A program made the translations under genes and the position numbers. Below, piece after piece: positions 1 to 9,673 of a stretch of DNA of 32,000 nt. The stretch is taken from the NCBI RefSeq assembly GCF_000010625.1, contig NC_010296.1:2970001-3002000 (forward strand), read 5' to 3'. The stretch is from Microcystis aeruginosa NIES-843. Lineage in GTDB: Bacteria > Cyanobacteriota > Cyanobacteriia > Cyanobacteriales > Microcystaceae. The notes under the pieces are model-generated. The model did not search any database. It saw only the letters and a program-made list of their open reading frames with translations, and was not told where the DNA came from. Within the stretch, counting starts at the first letter, position 1. The number at the start of each line of letters is the position of its first letter.

Positions 1-15
1 AGCAAGCATTTTCGG

Positions 16-2956
16 TTATTGAGGATTTTTTCTTTTTGCGGGTTTTTGTTTGCTGGTAGGGAGTAGGGGAGCGGTTAATTTTTCATAGAGTTCAAAGAGG
101 TATTCAATACGGTTTAATTCACTGGTAAAGGGTTGGGGACGATAACACAAATCAACGGCTTTGTCAAGTTTTTGGTGAGCTTTGAGCAAGTCGGGAGGCA
201 TGGTTAAAGGATCGTATAAATCCGCAAGGCTACTATCAGGATATTTTGACCTTGTATCTAGCACAGCTTGAGCGCAGGTTTCGACGGTTTGTTTTTGTTT
301 GTCGGTGATATTTTCTGGAAAGGGGTAGTTATTATAAACAATATCTTTTGAGTAACGATAATCACTTTTTAATCGTCCGCAAACATATTTAACCCATGCC
401 ATGTGCATTTCTGAAGTAAGAATACCAAATAAATATAAATCGCCGTTCGGAATAGACTGACAAGTATCACTGACGATATTATCAGCCGTAAAAAAGCCAA
501 TGGGAATGTATTTTCTATTTTCTGACGTAGTTCTAGGTACAAGAATATAGTCTGATTTGGGTTGTGTGATTTGTCGAAATAAACAATGATAAGAATAGTT
601 TCGAGTTGAAGCTGCAATACTTTTTGATCTGAATTGCTTCACGGCTTCCACACGCTCCAAAATTTCAGGTATATTCTTTAGTTCATCGGGTTTAATATCG
701 AGTAGCCACAAACACCATTTTTTGCCACCATTTAAAAATTCTCTAGCACTAATAAAAGGTTTGATAAATTTAATCACCAAAGGATTTTTTAAGACAAGAG
801 TATTTTTTTCTTCTTCAGATAAAATAAAATTGCCTCCATCTGTTGGCTTATTGCCATACATCATATTAGGGACATTACAGAGAGGATATTTTCGATTAAA
901 AACCAAAATATTGTTTGCATTGATTAAGTAAGGATTAATATTTTGGGCTTTTATTAAAAGCGGCTCACTGGTTATAGTCTGATAGTCGAATAGATATTTT
1001 TCATTAGCTTCAAAACTAGCAAATCCAATAATCACACAATGAACCGCAGCATTACCTTTAGCTTCATTACTCCATTTGAAAGTTCTATGGGCAAAATGAA
1101 TACTGATATTAAATTCGTTTATTAAAACATTCCATAAGATAGATGATTGTTCCCCTTGAGAAATAGAATTAGTCGCCACTAATCCCACCTTGATTTTTGT
1201 GCTTTGAATAAATTGAGCAGATTTATAAAACCATGCTGATACATAATCCATAACCCCTGATCCAATAATTTTATCAAGAACTAGCTTTAAGTCTTCTTTT
1301 TGATCAAAATTTTGGTAATGATGCCCCACAAAAGGAGGATTTCCTAAAATAAAATTGAGCTTCTCTTTTGAGATAACTTCCTCCCAATCAATCCGCAAGG
1401 CATTTCCATTAACAATCTTTGCCGATTTCTTTAATGGTAAACGCACAAAATACTGACCAAAAGTATTACTAACTTTAATATTCATCTGATGATCAATTAA
1501 CCACATCGCCACCTCCGCCACCCTCACCGCAAACTCATCGTATTCAATACCAGCAAACTGATTAACATCTACCTGAATAATGGTACTAATATCTGTTACT
1601 AACTGCCCCGTTTTATCTAACTCCTGTAATACCAAAATCTCTAAATCGCGTAACTCTCGATAGGTAATAATTAAAAAATTGCCGCAACCACAGGCAGGAT
1701 CAAGAAAATATAAATTAGCAATCTTTTTGTGAAATTCTAGTAATTTATTGCGATTGCCTTTAATCTTCTCAAATTCTCTGTGTAAATCATCTAAAAATAA
1801 TGGTTTAATCACCTTTTGAATATTTTTCTCGGAGGTATAGTGCGCCCCTAAATTGCGTCGCTCTTTTGGATTCATTACCGCTTGAAACATAGAACCAAAA
1901 ATAGCCGGGGAAATTTTTCCCCAATCAAAAGCACAAGCTTCTAATAACATGACTCGCATCTTGCTATCAAAAGCCGCTAAAGGTAACGACTCCTCGAATA
2001 ACTTGCCATTTATGTAGGGAAATTGAGTTAAATTCTCATCGAGATTTTTTAATCTTTTGTCTCCTGGTGTATTCAAAACCTGAAAAATATAAGCAATGTG
2101 CATCGCCAAATCACTGCCATCTTCTTTGGTATGTAGATCGATATATTCCCAGAAAATCCCCTTATTAAAAATACCCGTATCATCGGCAAATAAACAAAAT
2201 AATAAACGCACTAGATAAACTTCCAAATCATGCCCGATATAACCAATTTCTTTGAGGCAATCATGAAGTTTTCCCATTAACTCGGCCGCTTGAATATTGA
2301 CGGGATCTTCGTCTTTATAAACTCGCTTTTCGTAACCAGCAATAAAATCAAATAAATGAACATTATCAACAAAATTACTTAATTCAAATTCCCATTGATT
2401 GCCCGAATCTAAATCATATAATTTAAACCGTTGAAAATCCGAGACTAAAATATAACGCGGTAACTCATGTTCCTTTAAATTGGGGAAATAATCCTTAGCC
2501 TGTTGTGTGGCTTTGTCTAAATCTTTTCCCTTCGATTTATGCTCAACTAAAATCGTTCCTTTCCAGAGTAAATCAATAAAACCCTGTTTATTATCGGCTT
2601 TTTTTATCGGTTGCTCAAAACTGGCTACCCTACGCCGTGAAAGGGAGCATCTCACTTACGCGATAAGTAATTATACTTAGCCTAAAAGCCACTCTTAATC
2701 GTGTCTTGGAACGAAATAGAGGCTTTTAAAGACTGCGTACATGGAGAATTAAAACAAGAATTACCCTCGAAAAGCCTATTTTTCCACTAAGTATTTATGC
2801 TCATTGCAAAGGTGAGATGCTCCCCCGTGAAATGCCAAAGACATGAAAAAACTCATTCCAAAAAGATTGAGATTCTGCTTTTTCTGAAGTCTCTCCTTCC
2901 CACTCTTTTTGAAAAGCGATGGCGCGATTTTTAATTTCATTCCAACTTAAAGGCAT
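16..2956 (-). pseudogene. MmeI-family Type IIL restriction-modification enzyme (fused endonuclease / N6-adenine methyltransferase / target-recognition domain), interrupted by a MITE
   Basis: The 879-aa ORF 16..2655 carries a PD-ExK-like 'IDLLWKGTILVEHKSKG', SAM motif I 'LDPACGCGNFL' and motif IV 'GNPPFVG'. The true N-terminus lies beyond a 182-bp insertion: 44 codons, MPLSWNEIKNRAIAFQKEWEGETSEKAESQSFWNEFFHVFGISR, with ATG at 2956. Deleting 2643..2824 plus one 8-bp duplication joins ...FGISR to RRVASFEQPIKK... in frame, giving 916 codons. This agrees with my recollection of the MmeI N-terminus and size. Confidence 0.85.
2643..2824. mobile_element. 182-bp MITE (family 1) inserted in the RM gene
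   Basis: Perfect 13-bp terminal inverted repeats: GGGAGCATCTCAC (2643-2655) and GTGAGATGCTCCC (2812-2824). Perfect 8-bp direct target duplication CCGTGAAA at 2635-2642 and 2825-2832. No ORF inside. The apparent GTG start of the truncated ORF lies inside the left TIR. Confidence 0.85.
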
Positions 2957-3165
2957 AGTTTTAATTCCTTATCTTTTGCGGGTTTGCTCAAAGATAGTAG
3001 AAAATGGTGTAGGGAGCCATAGACAGTCAGCAAGGGATACAGATAGCTTTCATCTTAGGTGATTTTTTGATAAACTACAAGGGAAGCTAGAAATTAGCAA
3101 CGCCTTGAGAATTGTATTCCCTTAGTTATAGTGTTTTCAAATGAAACGTGGAAAGACACCTGTAG

Positions 3166-3184
3166 GGGCGCAAGACTTGCGCCC
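3166..3184. repeat. GC-rich hairpin (GGGCGCAA-gac-TTGCGCCC), REP-like
   Basis: Perfect 8-bp GC-rich stem with a 3-nt loop, about 70 bp upstream of the DUF29 start. The spurious ORF 3141..3359 translates across it. Confidence 0.4.
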
Positions 3185-3256
3185 TCATAGCGTCCAAGAC
3201 TCAAACGTAAACGCTATATCAATGCAGTTATTGACACGAACGAACAACTTATCGCT

Positions 3257-3724
3257 ATGTCCAAGACTCTCTACGAACAAGATTTTCAATTGTGGCTCGC
3301 AACAACAATTAATCACCTACAGAAGCGGGAATTTGCTGCGCTGGATACTGATAACTTAATTGAGGAGTTAACCGAGTTGGGAAAATCGGAAAAAAGAACT
3401 TTAGAAAGTAATTTGATGATTCTTTTGGCTCACTTGCTCAAATTAAAAGTACAGCACGACGCACCGCCATCAATGAAGGATAGCTGGTATTGTTCTATTA
3501 TTGAGCATCGCCAGCGCATTGAGAAAAACTTACGCAATACGCCTTCCCTCAAATCCTATCTAGAAACTGCTATCCAGGAAGCCTATCTAGATGCTCGTCA
3601 AGTGGCAATTAAGGAAGGGAAACTTGCTCAATTTGGTGTTCCCATTCCCTCAGAAAATGATTATCCTCAAATTTGTCCTTTCTCCCAAGAGCAAATCTTA
3701 GATGAGAACTTCTATGGCAATTGA
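3257..3724 (+). CDS. DUF29 family protein
   Basis: The N-terminus 'LYEQDFQLWLATTINHLQKREFAALDTDNLIEELTELGKSEKRTLESNLMILLAHLLKLKVQ' matches the conserved DUF29 pattern common in cyanobacteria (YEQDF..W, LD..NLIEE...G.SE.R.L.S.L..LL.HLLK). Confidence 0.85.
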   Translation: MSKTLYEQDFQLWLATTINHLQKREFAALDTDNLIEELTELGKSEKRTLESNLMILLAHLLKLKVQHDAPPSMKDSWYCSIIEHRQRIEKNLRNTPSLKSYLETAIQEAYLDARQVAIKEGKLAQFGVPIPSENDYPQICPFSQEQILDENFYGN

Positions 3725-3859
3725 CCCAGTTTGCCGAATAAGTAAGGCTCTGAGCGCAATCTTTCTCGCTTCTACCAAATCAGCATCAAGTTTATCCCTC
3801 CCTACCGCTCAACGAGTCCGGATAGGGAATCTCTGGGATATTCGTGGAAATAATCTTGA

Positions 3860-4447
3860 TTAAGGTCTCTGGTCTTGATTTTGGGGATAACTGGGGAATA
3901 GATCCCTGGGGAAATCCTCGGCACTTAAACAGGTTTGTAAAGCTTGGGAGGGGTTATTTTTGTCCACACCACGACTGACAGCGATAACGCATTGGGAAAA
4001 GCGCCCGGGTAATAAACTTTGACGACAGGAATCTAAAACCTGTCTAGAAATCCCTAATTTATCGGGTTCCTTGGCTGTTTCTGTTTCCGTTTGTTTGAGG
4101 GAATTAGCGGCAAACAAGGGGGCAGCGCGATGGATATCGACCACACAATTACCTAGGTCAATAGGACGACGCACTTGAAAACAAGCTTGCAGAGCCAGAT
4201 TACCATCGATCGGGGTTTTGGATTTAATCATCACCACACACCGGGATAATTCTTTAGGAATTAATGCTTCTGAACAAGCGGTGGCGGCATCTTCGGGACT
4301 GACTCCCGTGCGGACAATCTGACTGATACAGGCACTAAATTGATTATTGTTGCCAAATGCGATCGCTGCTCGGTTCATTTCTACTAAGCCAAGGGAAATA
4401 GTAGCGATCGCGCTCCAACTAGCAATTTTTTTAATATGGTTTTTCAT
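3860..4447 (-). CDS. Secreted hypothetical protein with internal Cys-containing repeats
   Basis: N-terminal signal-like segment (MKNHIKKIASWSAIATISLGLV...AIAF). Eight Cys residues sit in a recurring unit of about 31 aa (xSxC[IV]xx[IV]...A.QxC.....P...L), seen three to four times. I recognise no family. Confidence 0.6.
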   Translation of the reverse strand: MKNHIKKIASWSAIATISLGLVEMNRAAIAFGNNNQFSACISQIVRTGVSPEDAATACSEALIPKELSRCVVMIKSKTPIDGNLALQACFQVRRPIDLGNCVVDIHRAAPLFAANSLKQTETETAKEPDKLGISRQVLDSCRQSLLPGRFSQCVIAVSRGVDKNNPSQALQTCLSAEDFPRDLFPSYPQNQDQRP

Positions 4448-4530
4448 TGTTTGCTCACACCCAAGATTTTAAGGCTAACTGGCCTTGATCTTAACAGATT
4501 CACGGGGAACAGGAAACAGGGAGATGGGGG

Positions 4531-4615
4531 AAGGGAGAAGGGAGAAGGGAGAAAAAAGGCTGACTACTGGCCCCTGACTCCTGACTCCTGACTCCTGATT
4601 CCTGACTCCTGACTC
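4531..4615. repeat. Two adjacent heptamer tandem arrays: (AAGGGAG)x3 and (CTGACTC)x6
   Basis: AAGGGAG occurs three times at 4531-4551. CTGACTC occurs six times at 4574-4615, with one CTGATTC variant. The arrays lie between the moeB stop (4636) and the start of the next minus-strand gene (4447). Confidence 0.9.
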
Positions 4616-4635
4616 CTAAAACCCAAGGGCCAAAA

Positions 4636-5808
4636 TTAGTATTCTGGTACAGTGGAATCGACTTCGCGACTCCAGGCGCTGATACCACCTTTGACGTTAA
4701 TTCCTTCGATACCTGCGTCTTTGAGGATAGCGAGGGCTTTAGCGGAACGTCCCCCCATCTTACAATGGGCGATAAGACGATAACCGTTGACTAATTCCTT
4801 AATTTTGGGAATTGCCGCACCATTTTCGATATCGGGTAAGGGAATTAACACCGAGTTGGGGATATTAGCGATTTGGTACTCGTTGGGATTACGCACATCG
4901 ATGAGAATGTAATCATTGGCATTGCTGTCAATTAGTGCTTTTAACTCTACTACGGTCATTTCTGTCATTTTTTGCTGTTCTGCTGCTTCTTGTGCTTTCG
5001 CTTGCGGGATACCGCAGAATTGTTCGTAATCAATTAATTTTTCAATGACGGGACGGATGGGATTCGGGCGCAATTTTAACTCACGGAATTTCATTTCCCA
5101 AGCATTGTAAAGCAGTAAACGACCACTGAGGGTATCCGGAGCGCCGAGGATAATTTTAATGGCTTCTGTGGCTTGAATTGTGCCGATTACCCCGGGTAAA
5201 ACTCCTAAAACGCCGCCTTCCGCACAGGAGGGAACCATCCCCGGTGGTGGCGGTTCGGGATAGAGATCGCGGTAGTTGGGACCGCCTTGGTAGTTAAAAA
5301 CGGTTGCTTGTCCTTCAAAGCGGAAAATTGAGCCGTAGACGTTGGGTTTGTCGAGAAGAACACAAGCATCATTAGTCAGATAACGGGTGGGGAAATTATC
5401 CGTCCCGTCGATGACTACATCATAGGGGGCTAAAATGTCAAGGGCATTTTCGGAACTTATGCGGGTTTCGTACAAATCCACCTGACAGTAGGGGTTAATT
5501 TCTAGAATTCTGTCCTTAGCGGAAACAATTTTCGGTTTGCCTACCCAAGAAGTGCCGTGAATAATTTGACGTTGCAGATTGGAACTATCGACGATATCGA
5601 AGTCAACAATACCGATTCTACCGATGCCAGCCGCCGCTAGATAGAGTAAAAGCGGGGAACCGAGTCCCCCAGTGCCGATGCAGAGAACACTGGCGGCTTT
5701 TAGTTTTTTTTGACCTTCTAAGCCCACTTCGGGCAGAATAATGTGTCGAGAGTAGCGTTGAACCTCCTCTTTGGAAAGTTCGATCGCCGCGAGATTAGGA
5801 TTTAGCAT
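4636..5808 (-). CDS. moeB: Molybdopterin-synthase adenylyltransferase / ThiF-family E1-like enzyme with C-terminal rhodanese domain
   Basis: 'RYSRHIILPEVGLEGQKKLKAASVLCIGTGGLGSPLLLYLAAAGIGRIGIVDFD' is the ThiF/MoeB nucleotide-binding fold. The C-terminal 'HCKMGGRSAKA' is a rhodanese active-site loop. The likely start is MLNPNL at 5808, which is typical of cyanobacterial MoeB. The ORF track extends 23 codons further, to 5877. Confidence 0.85.
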   Translation of the reverse strand: MLNPNLAAIELSKEEVQRYSRHIILPEVGLEGQKKLKAASVLCIGTGGLGSPLLLYLAAAGIGRIGIVDFDIVDSSNLQRQIIHGTSWVGKPKIVSAKDRILEINPYCQVDLYETRISSENALDILAPYDVVIDGTDNFPTRYLTNDACVLLDKPNVYGSIFRFEGQATVFNYQGGPNYRDLYPEPPPPGMVPSCAEGGVLGVLPGVIGTIQATEAIKIILGAPDTLSGRLLLYNAWEMKFRELKLRPNPIRPVIEKLIDYEQFCGIPQAKAQEAAEQQKMTEMTVVELKALIDSNANDYILIDVRNPNEYQIANIPNSVLIPLPDIENGAAIPKIKELVNGYRLIAHCKMGGRSAKALAILKDAGIEGINVKGGISAWSREVDSTVPEY

Positions 5809-5967
5809 AGATTGGGTAAATAGTGAAACCTCACTCGATTCGGGCAAGAATTTCGTCTCAGCACGGTTTAGAGACAAAAATCAGGAAGACTCGATCGCTT
5901 CCTGGATTTTCAATTCTTTCTATGCTTATGATAGTGTGAGGGTCTGGCTCCGTGTTGTTAATATTAG

Positions 5968-6363
5968 TTAACTTTCCCCTGCCACTTGGGTGCGATATTC
6001 ACTAGCGGAGAGGGTATCAGCCAAGGCAGTATCGGGATTTTCTACCCGCACTTTTAATAACCAACCCTCCCCGTGGGGATCATCGGCAATTAATTCGGGG
6101 GAGTCAATCATCGCTTGATTGCGATCGACTACGGTTCCCGAGACGGGAGGATAAAGATCTTCTACCGCTTTTACCGATTCGATCGTGCCGAAACTACTAC
6201 CCACTTTCAGCGCCTCTCCCAATTCGGGCAATTCTAGAAACACGATATCACCCAATTGATCGACGGCAAAAGCACTAATTCCCAAGGTAGCGATTTCACC
6301 TTCGAGTCTGACGTATTCGTGGGTTTCTAGGTATCTCAAATCCTCGGGATATTCCAGTTCCAT
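5968..6363 (-). CDS. gcvH: Glycine cleavage system protein H
   Basis: 131 aa with the lipoyl-lysine motif '[13 protein letters not shown]' and the conserved 'GEGWLLKV' near the C-terminus. Confidence 0.9.
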   Translation of the reverse strand: MELEYPEDLRYLETHEYVRLEGEIATLGISAFAVDQLGDIVFLELPELGEALKVGSSFGTIESVKAVEDLYPPVSGTVVDRNQAMIDSPELIADDPHGEGWLLKVRVENPDTALADTLSASEYRTQVAGES

Positions 6364-6459
6364 CGTCTGTCTCTAAATATTTACAGCATCAGATAGTTTA
6401 CTAGATCTCTTGGGGAAAATGTTGATTGGGTGGGGCTGTTTTATTGCCGATCGCTGCCT

Positions 6460-6674
6460 AGGGTTTGGTGAAAAAGTTTTTCCTGGTGGCAGGGTGTGGG
6501 GTGTGGGGTGTGGGGTGTAGGGTTTTACCGATTTTGAGGAGGTCAATTACCTAATTTTCAGGGAAAAAGTCCCTAAAATTTTCCCCCCATCACTCCAATG
6601 GTCGGCACTTTTTGAGGGAAAAAAAGTCTGAAAACCTTATCCAACCAAGTTTTTAGATTTATTCAGCCAACCCT
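6460..6674. mobile_element. 215-bp MITE (family A, copy 1), a non-autonomous derivative of the IS at 15869-17552
   Basis: Termini are AGGGTTTGGTGAA ... TTCAGCCAACCCT. The element is colinear, with no indels in my manual alignment, with the copy at 18051-18265 (roughly 25 substitutions in 215). It shares about 17 bp at the left end and about 30 bp at the right end (GGTTTTTAGATTTATTCAGCAAACCCT) with the IS. Flanks are GCCT/ACCT, a degenerate 4-bp duplication. Confidence 0.8.
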
Positions 6675-6811
6675 ACCTAGACAAAATTAATTACACCGAT
6701 CGAAGCCTGATTAAACAGCTAGAATTGGTCTAGGTTGATCGGGGAACATCGGAACACTGGAACAGTAGGGGTTAGCTGCTTTTTTAGCTCACTTAACAAT
6801 ACCCAGTTTAA

Positions 6812-9538
6812 ATGCCTCCTAGCTTACTTATGTTAAATCCCATCTTAGATCCTCGCGGTGGCGAACATCAAACCATAAGAGCCTTTTTTGAGCCAAAAAA
6901 CATCGCTGTGGTGGGATTTAATCGCCAAAATCCCCAACTTGATCGCACTCTTTTAAATAATCTCCATCATAATCCCGGTCAGCACCGTCTTTATCTAGTT
7001 AATCCTCACCCCGAAAACCGGCTCGATCTTCCCAGCTATAGCAGTTTAGAGGATATCCAGGCGGCGATCGATCTGGTAATTATCACCGCCCCCGCTCCCG
7101 AAATTCCCGCTATTATCGCCCAATCTGTCGAAAAAAAGGTTAAATGCGCCCTGATTCTCTCCACGGGTTTTCGGGAAACCGGCCAGATGGGGGAAAATTT
7201 ACTCAGGGAAATTAAAGCGATCGCTGGTCAAAAATTACGCATCATCGGTCCCCATAGCTCGGGAATCAGCAATCTCAGCCAAAATCTTAACGCCACCTTT
7301 TCCCCCATCCTGCCGAAAACTGGTTCAATTGCCCTGATTAGTCAAAGTGGGGCGATCGCTGCTGCCGTGCTTGATTGGAGTTTAAGCGAAAATGTCGGTT
7401 TTAGTCACTTTATCTCCCTCGGAGTTCTTTTAGATGTGGATTGGGGCGAATTACTCTATTATTTGGGAGACGATCCCCAAACCAAAAGCATCGTTATCTA
7501 CTTGGAATCCCTGAATAATGCCCGCTCTTTTCTGTCCTCGGCCCGAGAAGTTGCCCTAAATAAACCAATTATCGCCATTAGTCGCCACAGTACCGACTTT
7601 GACCCCACCGCTCTTTCCCATGCTGGCAAATTGACCAGCGATCAGCTAACTCTCTCCGCTGCCTTTGCTCGCTGTGGCATCGTGGAAGTACAAAGACTGG
7701 CCGATCTCTTGAATATCACGCAAGTTTTAGCGAAAATTCCCCGATTTCCCCGGGGAAAACGCTTGACAATCATCAGCAATGGTGTTGCTCCCGCTCTTTT
7801 AGCGGCCTCGGCTTTACTGGCGGAAGATGGACAACTGGCAACCCTTACCCCCGCAACGATCGGAAAACTAGCGCCTCTTGTTCCCGCGGATATCGTCCCC
7901 CAAAATCCCATCGATCTGCGTCGCAGCAGCGATCCCGATAGCTACGCTCGCGCCCTAGAGATCGCTTTAGCGGATGCACATACCGACGCGGTGTTGATGA
8001 TTCTCTCGCCTCGCTTTAACACTGATCTGCGAGAAATTGCCCTTAGAATTGCCTCAATCGCTCAAAATAGCACAAAACCCATTTTAGCAAGTTTGATGGG
8101 GGGAGAGGGCATTGCAGAGGGAGTATCGTTATTAAATCAGCAGGGTATCCCCACCTATCGCTATCCCGATTCGGCGGCCCGGGTGTTTAATTTGCTCTGG
8201 AAATATGAAGAGAATCTGCGCGGTCTTTATCAAACGCCAATTTTAACCAATTCCAGGGAAAATGGCTCTGATCGAGTTTTAGTGAGCCAGATTATCGAGC
8301 AAGCAGGGGATAGAACAATTCTCAGTGAGCTAGAGTCTTTAGAGCTACTGAAAGCTTATGGAATCCCTGTTATTGTCACTAAAGTCGCCGAAAGTGCCGC
8401 AGAAGCAGTTAATCTCGCTGAATCTCTCGGTTATCCCGTGGTGATGAAACTGCATTCGAGGACGATTATCCATAAAAGCGCGGTGGGTGGGGTACAATTG
8501 CCGCTTTTTTCCCCTAGGGCAGTGGTGCAAGCGTATCAAGCGATCAAAGCTAATGTTAGCGCACAAGTGGGTCGGGAGCATTTTCTCGGGGTGAGTATTC
8601 AACCGATGTTAGAGATCGATCGAGGATATGAGTTAATTATCGGCTCTAATTACGATGATCAGTGCGGACCGGTGATAATTTTCGGTACTGGTGGCCGTTT
8701 AGTCGATATTTTTCAAGATTACGCCACCGCTCTACCTCCTTTAAATACTAATCTCGCTCGCCGACTTTTAGAAAAAACCAAGATTTATCGGGCTTTTAAC
8801 GGGACAAATGGGCTTAAATCACTTAATTTAGCGAATTTGGAGCAAATAATCGTTAGATTTAGTAACCTGGTTAGTGAACAACCTCGCATTAAAACTATCG
8901 ATATTAATCCCTTTTTTGCCGATTCAGAGCAATTAATCGCCCTTTCCGCCTCTATCCTTCTTCATCCTCCAACTACTCCCCCAGAAAAGTTATCTCATCC
9001 GGCGATTCGTCCCTATCCCGAACATTATATAGAACCTTGGACGACGAAAAGAGGCTTAAAGGTGCTAATTCGTCCGATTCGGGCAGCAGATGAGCCTTTA
9101 GTGCGACAATTTCACCATTATCTCTCGGAAGAAAGCATTTATTATCGTTATTTTCACCTTGTCAATCTCGATCGCCAAACCGCTTATGATCGTCTTACGC
9201 GCATTTGTTTTATCGACTACGATCGAGTAATGAGCTTAGTGGTAGAGATTAATAACGATCAGACGGAAGAGCCAGAAATTATCGCTATAGGACGCTTAAA
9301 TAAACTGCACGGCGTTAATGTGGCGGAATTTGACTTATTAGTTAGGGATGACTATCAAGGTCAAGGAATTGGTACAGAGTTACTACAGCGTTTAGTCACT
9401 ATTGGCAAAAAGGAAGGATTAGAGGGAATTGAAGGGGAAATTTTAAGGGATAATCGCGCTATGCAGATGATAGCCGCTAAAGTGGGGTTTTCTCTCTATA
9501 AAACTGCCGATTTTGTCAAAGCGGAACTGAATTTATGA
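6812..9538 (+). CDS. Pat/Pka-like bifunctional protein: ADP-forming acyl-CoA synthetase (CoA-binding + ATP-grasp) fused to a C-terminal GNAT acetyltransferase
   Basis: 908 aa. N-terminal CoA-binding Rossmann segment ('NIAVVGFNRQ', 'LISQSGA'). Central ATP-grasp region ('LLKAYGIPV...GYPVVMKLHS'). C-terminal GNAT motif A ('VRDDYQGQGIGTELLQRL'). The architecture matches bacterial protein lysine acetyltransferases of the YfiQ/Pat type. Confidence 0.8.
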   Translation: MPPSLLMLNPILDPRGGEHQTIRAFFEPKNIAVVGFNRQNPQLDRTLLNNLHHNPGQHRLYLVNPHPENRLDLPSYSSLEDIQAAIDLVIITAPAPEIPAIIAQSVEKKVKCALILSTGFRETGQMGENLLREIKAIAGQKLRIIGPHSSGISNLSQNLNATFSPILPKTGSIALISQSGAIAAAVLDWSLSENVGFSHFISLGVLLDVDWGELLYYLGDDPQTKSIVIYLESLNNARSFLSSAREVALNKPIIAISRHSTDFDPTALSHAGKLTSDQLTLSAAFARCGIVEVQRLADLLNITQVLAKIPRFPRGKRLTIISNGVAPALLAASALLAEDGQLATLTPATIGKLAPLVPADIVPQNPIDLRRSSDPDSYARALEIALADAHTDAVLMILSPRFNTDLREIALRIASIAQNSTKPILASLMGGEGIAEGVSLLNQQGIPTYRYPDSAARVFNLLWKYEENLRGLYQTPILTNSRENGSDRVLVSQIIEQAGDRTILSELESLELLKAYGIPVIVTKVAESAAEAVNLAESLGYPVVMKLHSRTIIHKSAVGGVQLPLFSPRAVVQAYQAIKANVSAQVGREHFLGVSIQPMLEIDRGYELIIGSNYDDQCGPVIIFGTGGRLVDIFQDYATALPPLNTNLARRLLEKTKIYRAFNGTNGLKSLNLANLEQIIVRFSNLVSEQPRIKTIDINPFFADSEQLIALSASILLHPPTTPPEKLSHPAIRPYPEHYIEPWTTKRGLKVLIRPIRAADEPLVRQFHHYLSEESIYYRYFHLVNLDRQTAYDRLTRICFIDYDRVMSLVVEINNDQTEEPEIIAIGRLNKLHGVNVAEFDLLVRDDYQGQGIGTELLQRLVTIGKKEGLEGIEGEILRDNRAMQMIAAKVGFSLYKTADFVKAELNL

Positions 9539-9673
9539 AGCCTTTTTGACCAGCTGATCACTAATTTTTTGGCTGAATGGTTCGGGCTAATCCTTGCTCT
9601 AAAGTAAAGGGAGGTTGCCAATCCAGGGTTTTTTGAATAGGGCTAGAGTCAAGACAAAAATTGATTTAATTAG

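Noticed and set aside
369-931. Track ORFs 369..617 (-) and 722..931 (+) inside the RM gene
   Set aside because: Both are fully nested within a long ORF that has strong family motifs. Their translations are low-complexity and they have no independent start context. They are shadow ORFs.
2981-2996. GGGTTTGCTCAAAG resembling the family-A/IS terminal repeat (possible solo end)
   Set aside because: Only about 13 of 17 positions match. There is no partner end and no adjoining subterminal similarity, so this is within chance expectation.
3141-3359. 72-aa ORF upstream of and overlapping the DUF29 gene
   Set aside because: It is a read-through of the GC hairpin repeat (PVGAQDLRP is the usual translation of that palindrome). 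It also overlaps the well-supported DUF29 start in another frame.
4500-4688. 62-aa ORF on the minus strand
   Set aside because: Its sequence (GVRSQESGVRSQESG..., LLPSPFP) is simply the translation of the two heptamer arrays, and it overlaps the moeB 3' end.
5809-5877. 23-codon N-terminal extension of moeB (MSLNRAETKF...)
   Set aside because: The conserved cyanobacterial MoeB N-terminus starts at MLNPNL. The extension has no conserved character. I kept it only as an alternative start.
6492-6522. The telomere-like (GGGGTGT)n tract as a functional telomere or replication end
   Set aside because: It is embedded inside a TIR-bounded MITE in the middle of ordinary chromosomal DNA. Only the G-quadruplex potential is retained as a finding.
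7642-8602. Antisense ORFs 7642..7911 and 8345..8602 within the Pat-like gene
   Set aside because: They lie opposite a 908-aa ORF with clear domain motifs. Antisense open frames of this kind are typical in the more GC-rich coding block.
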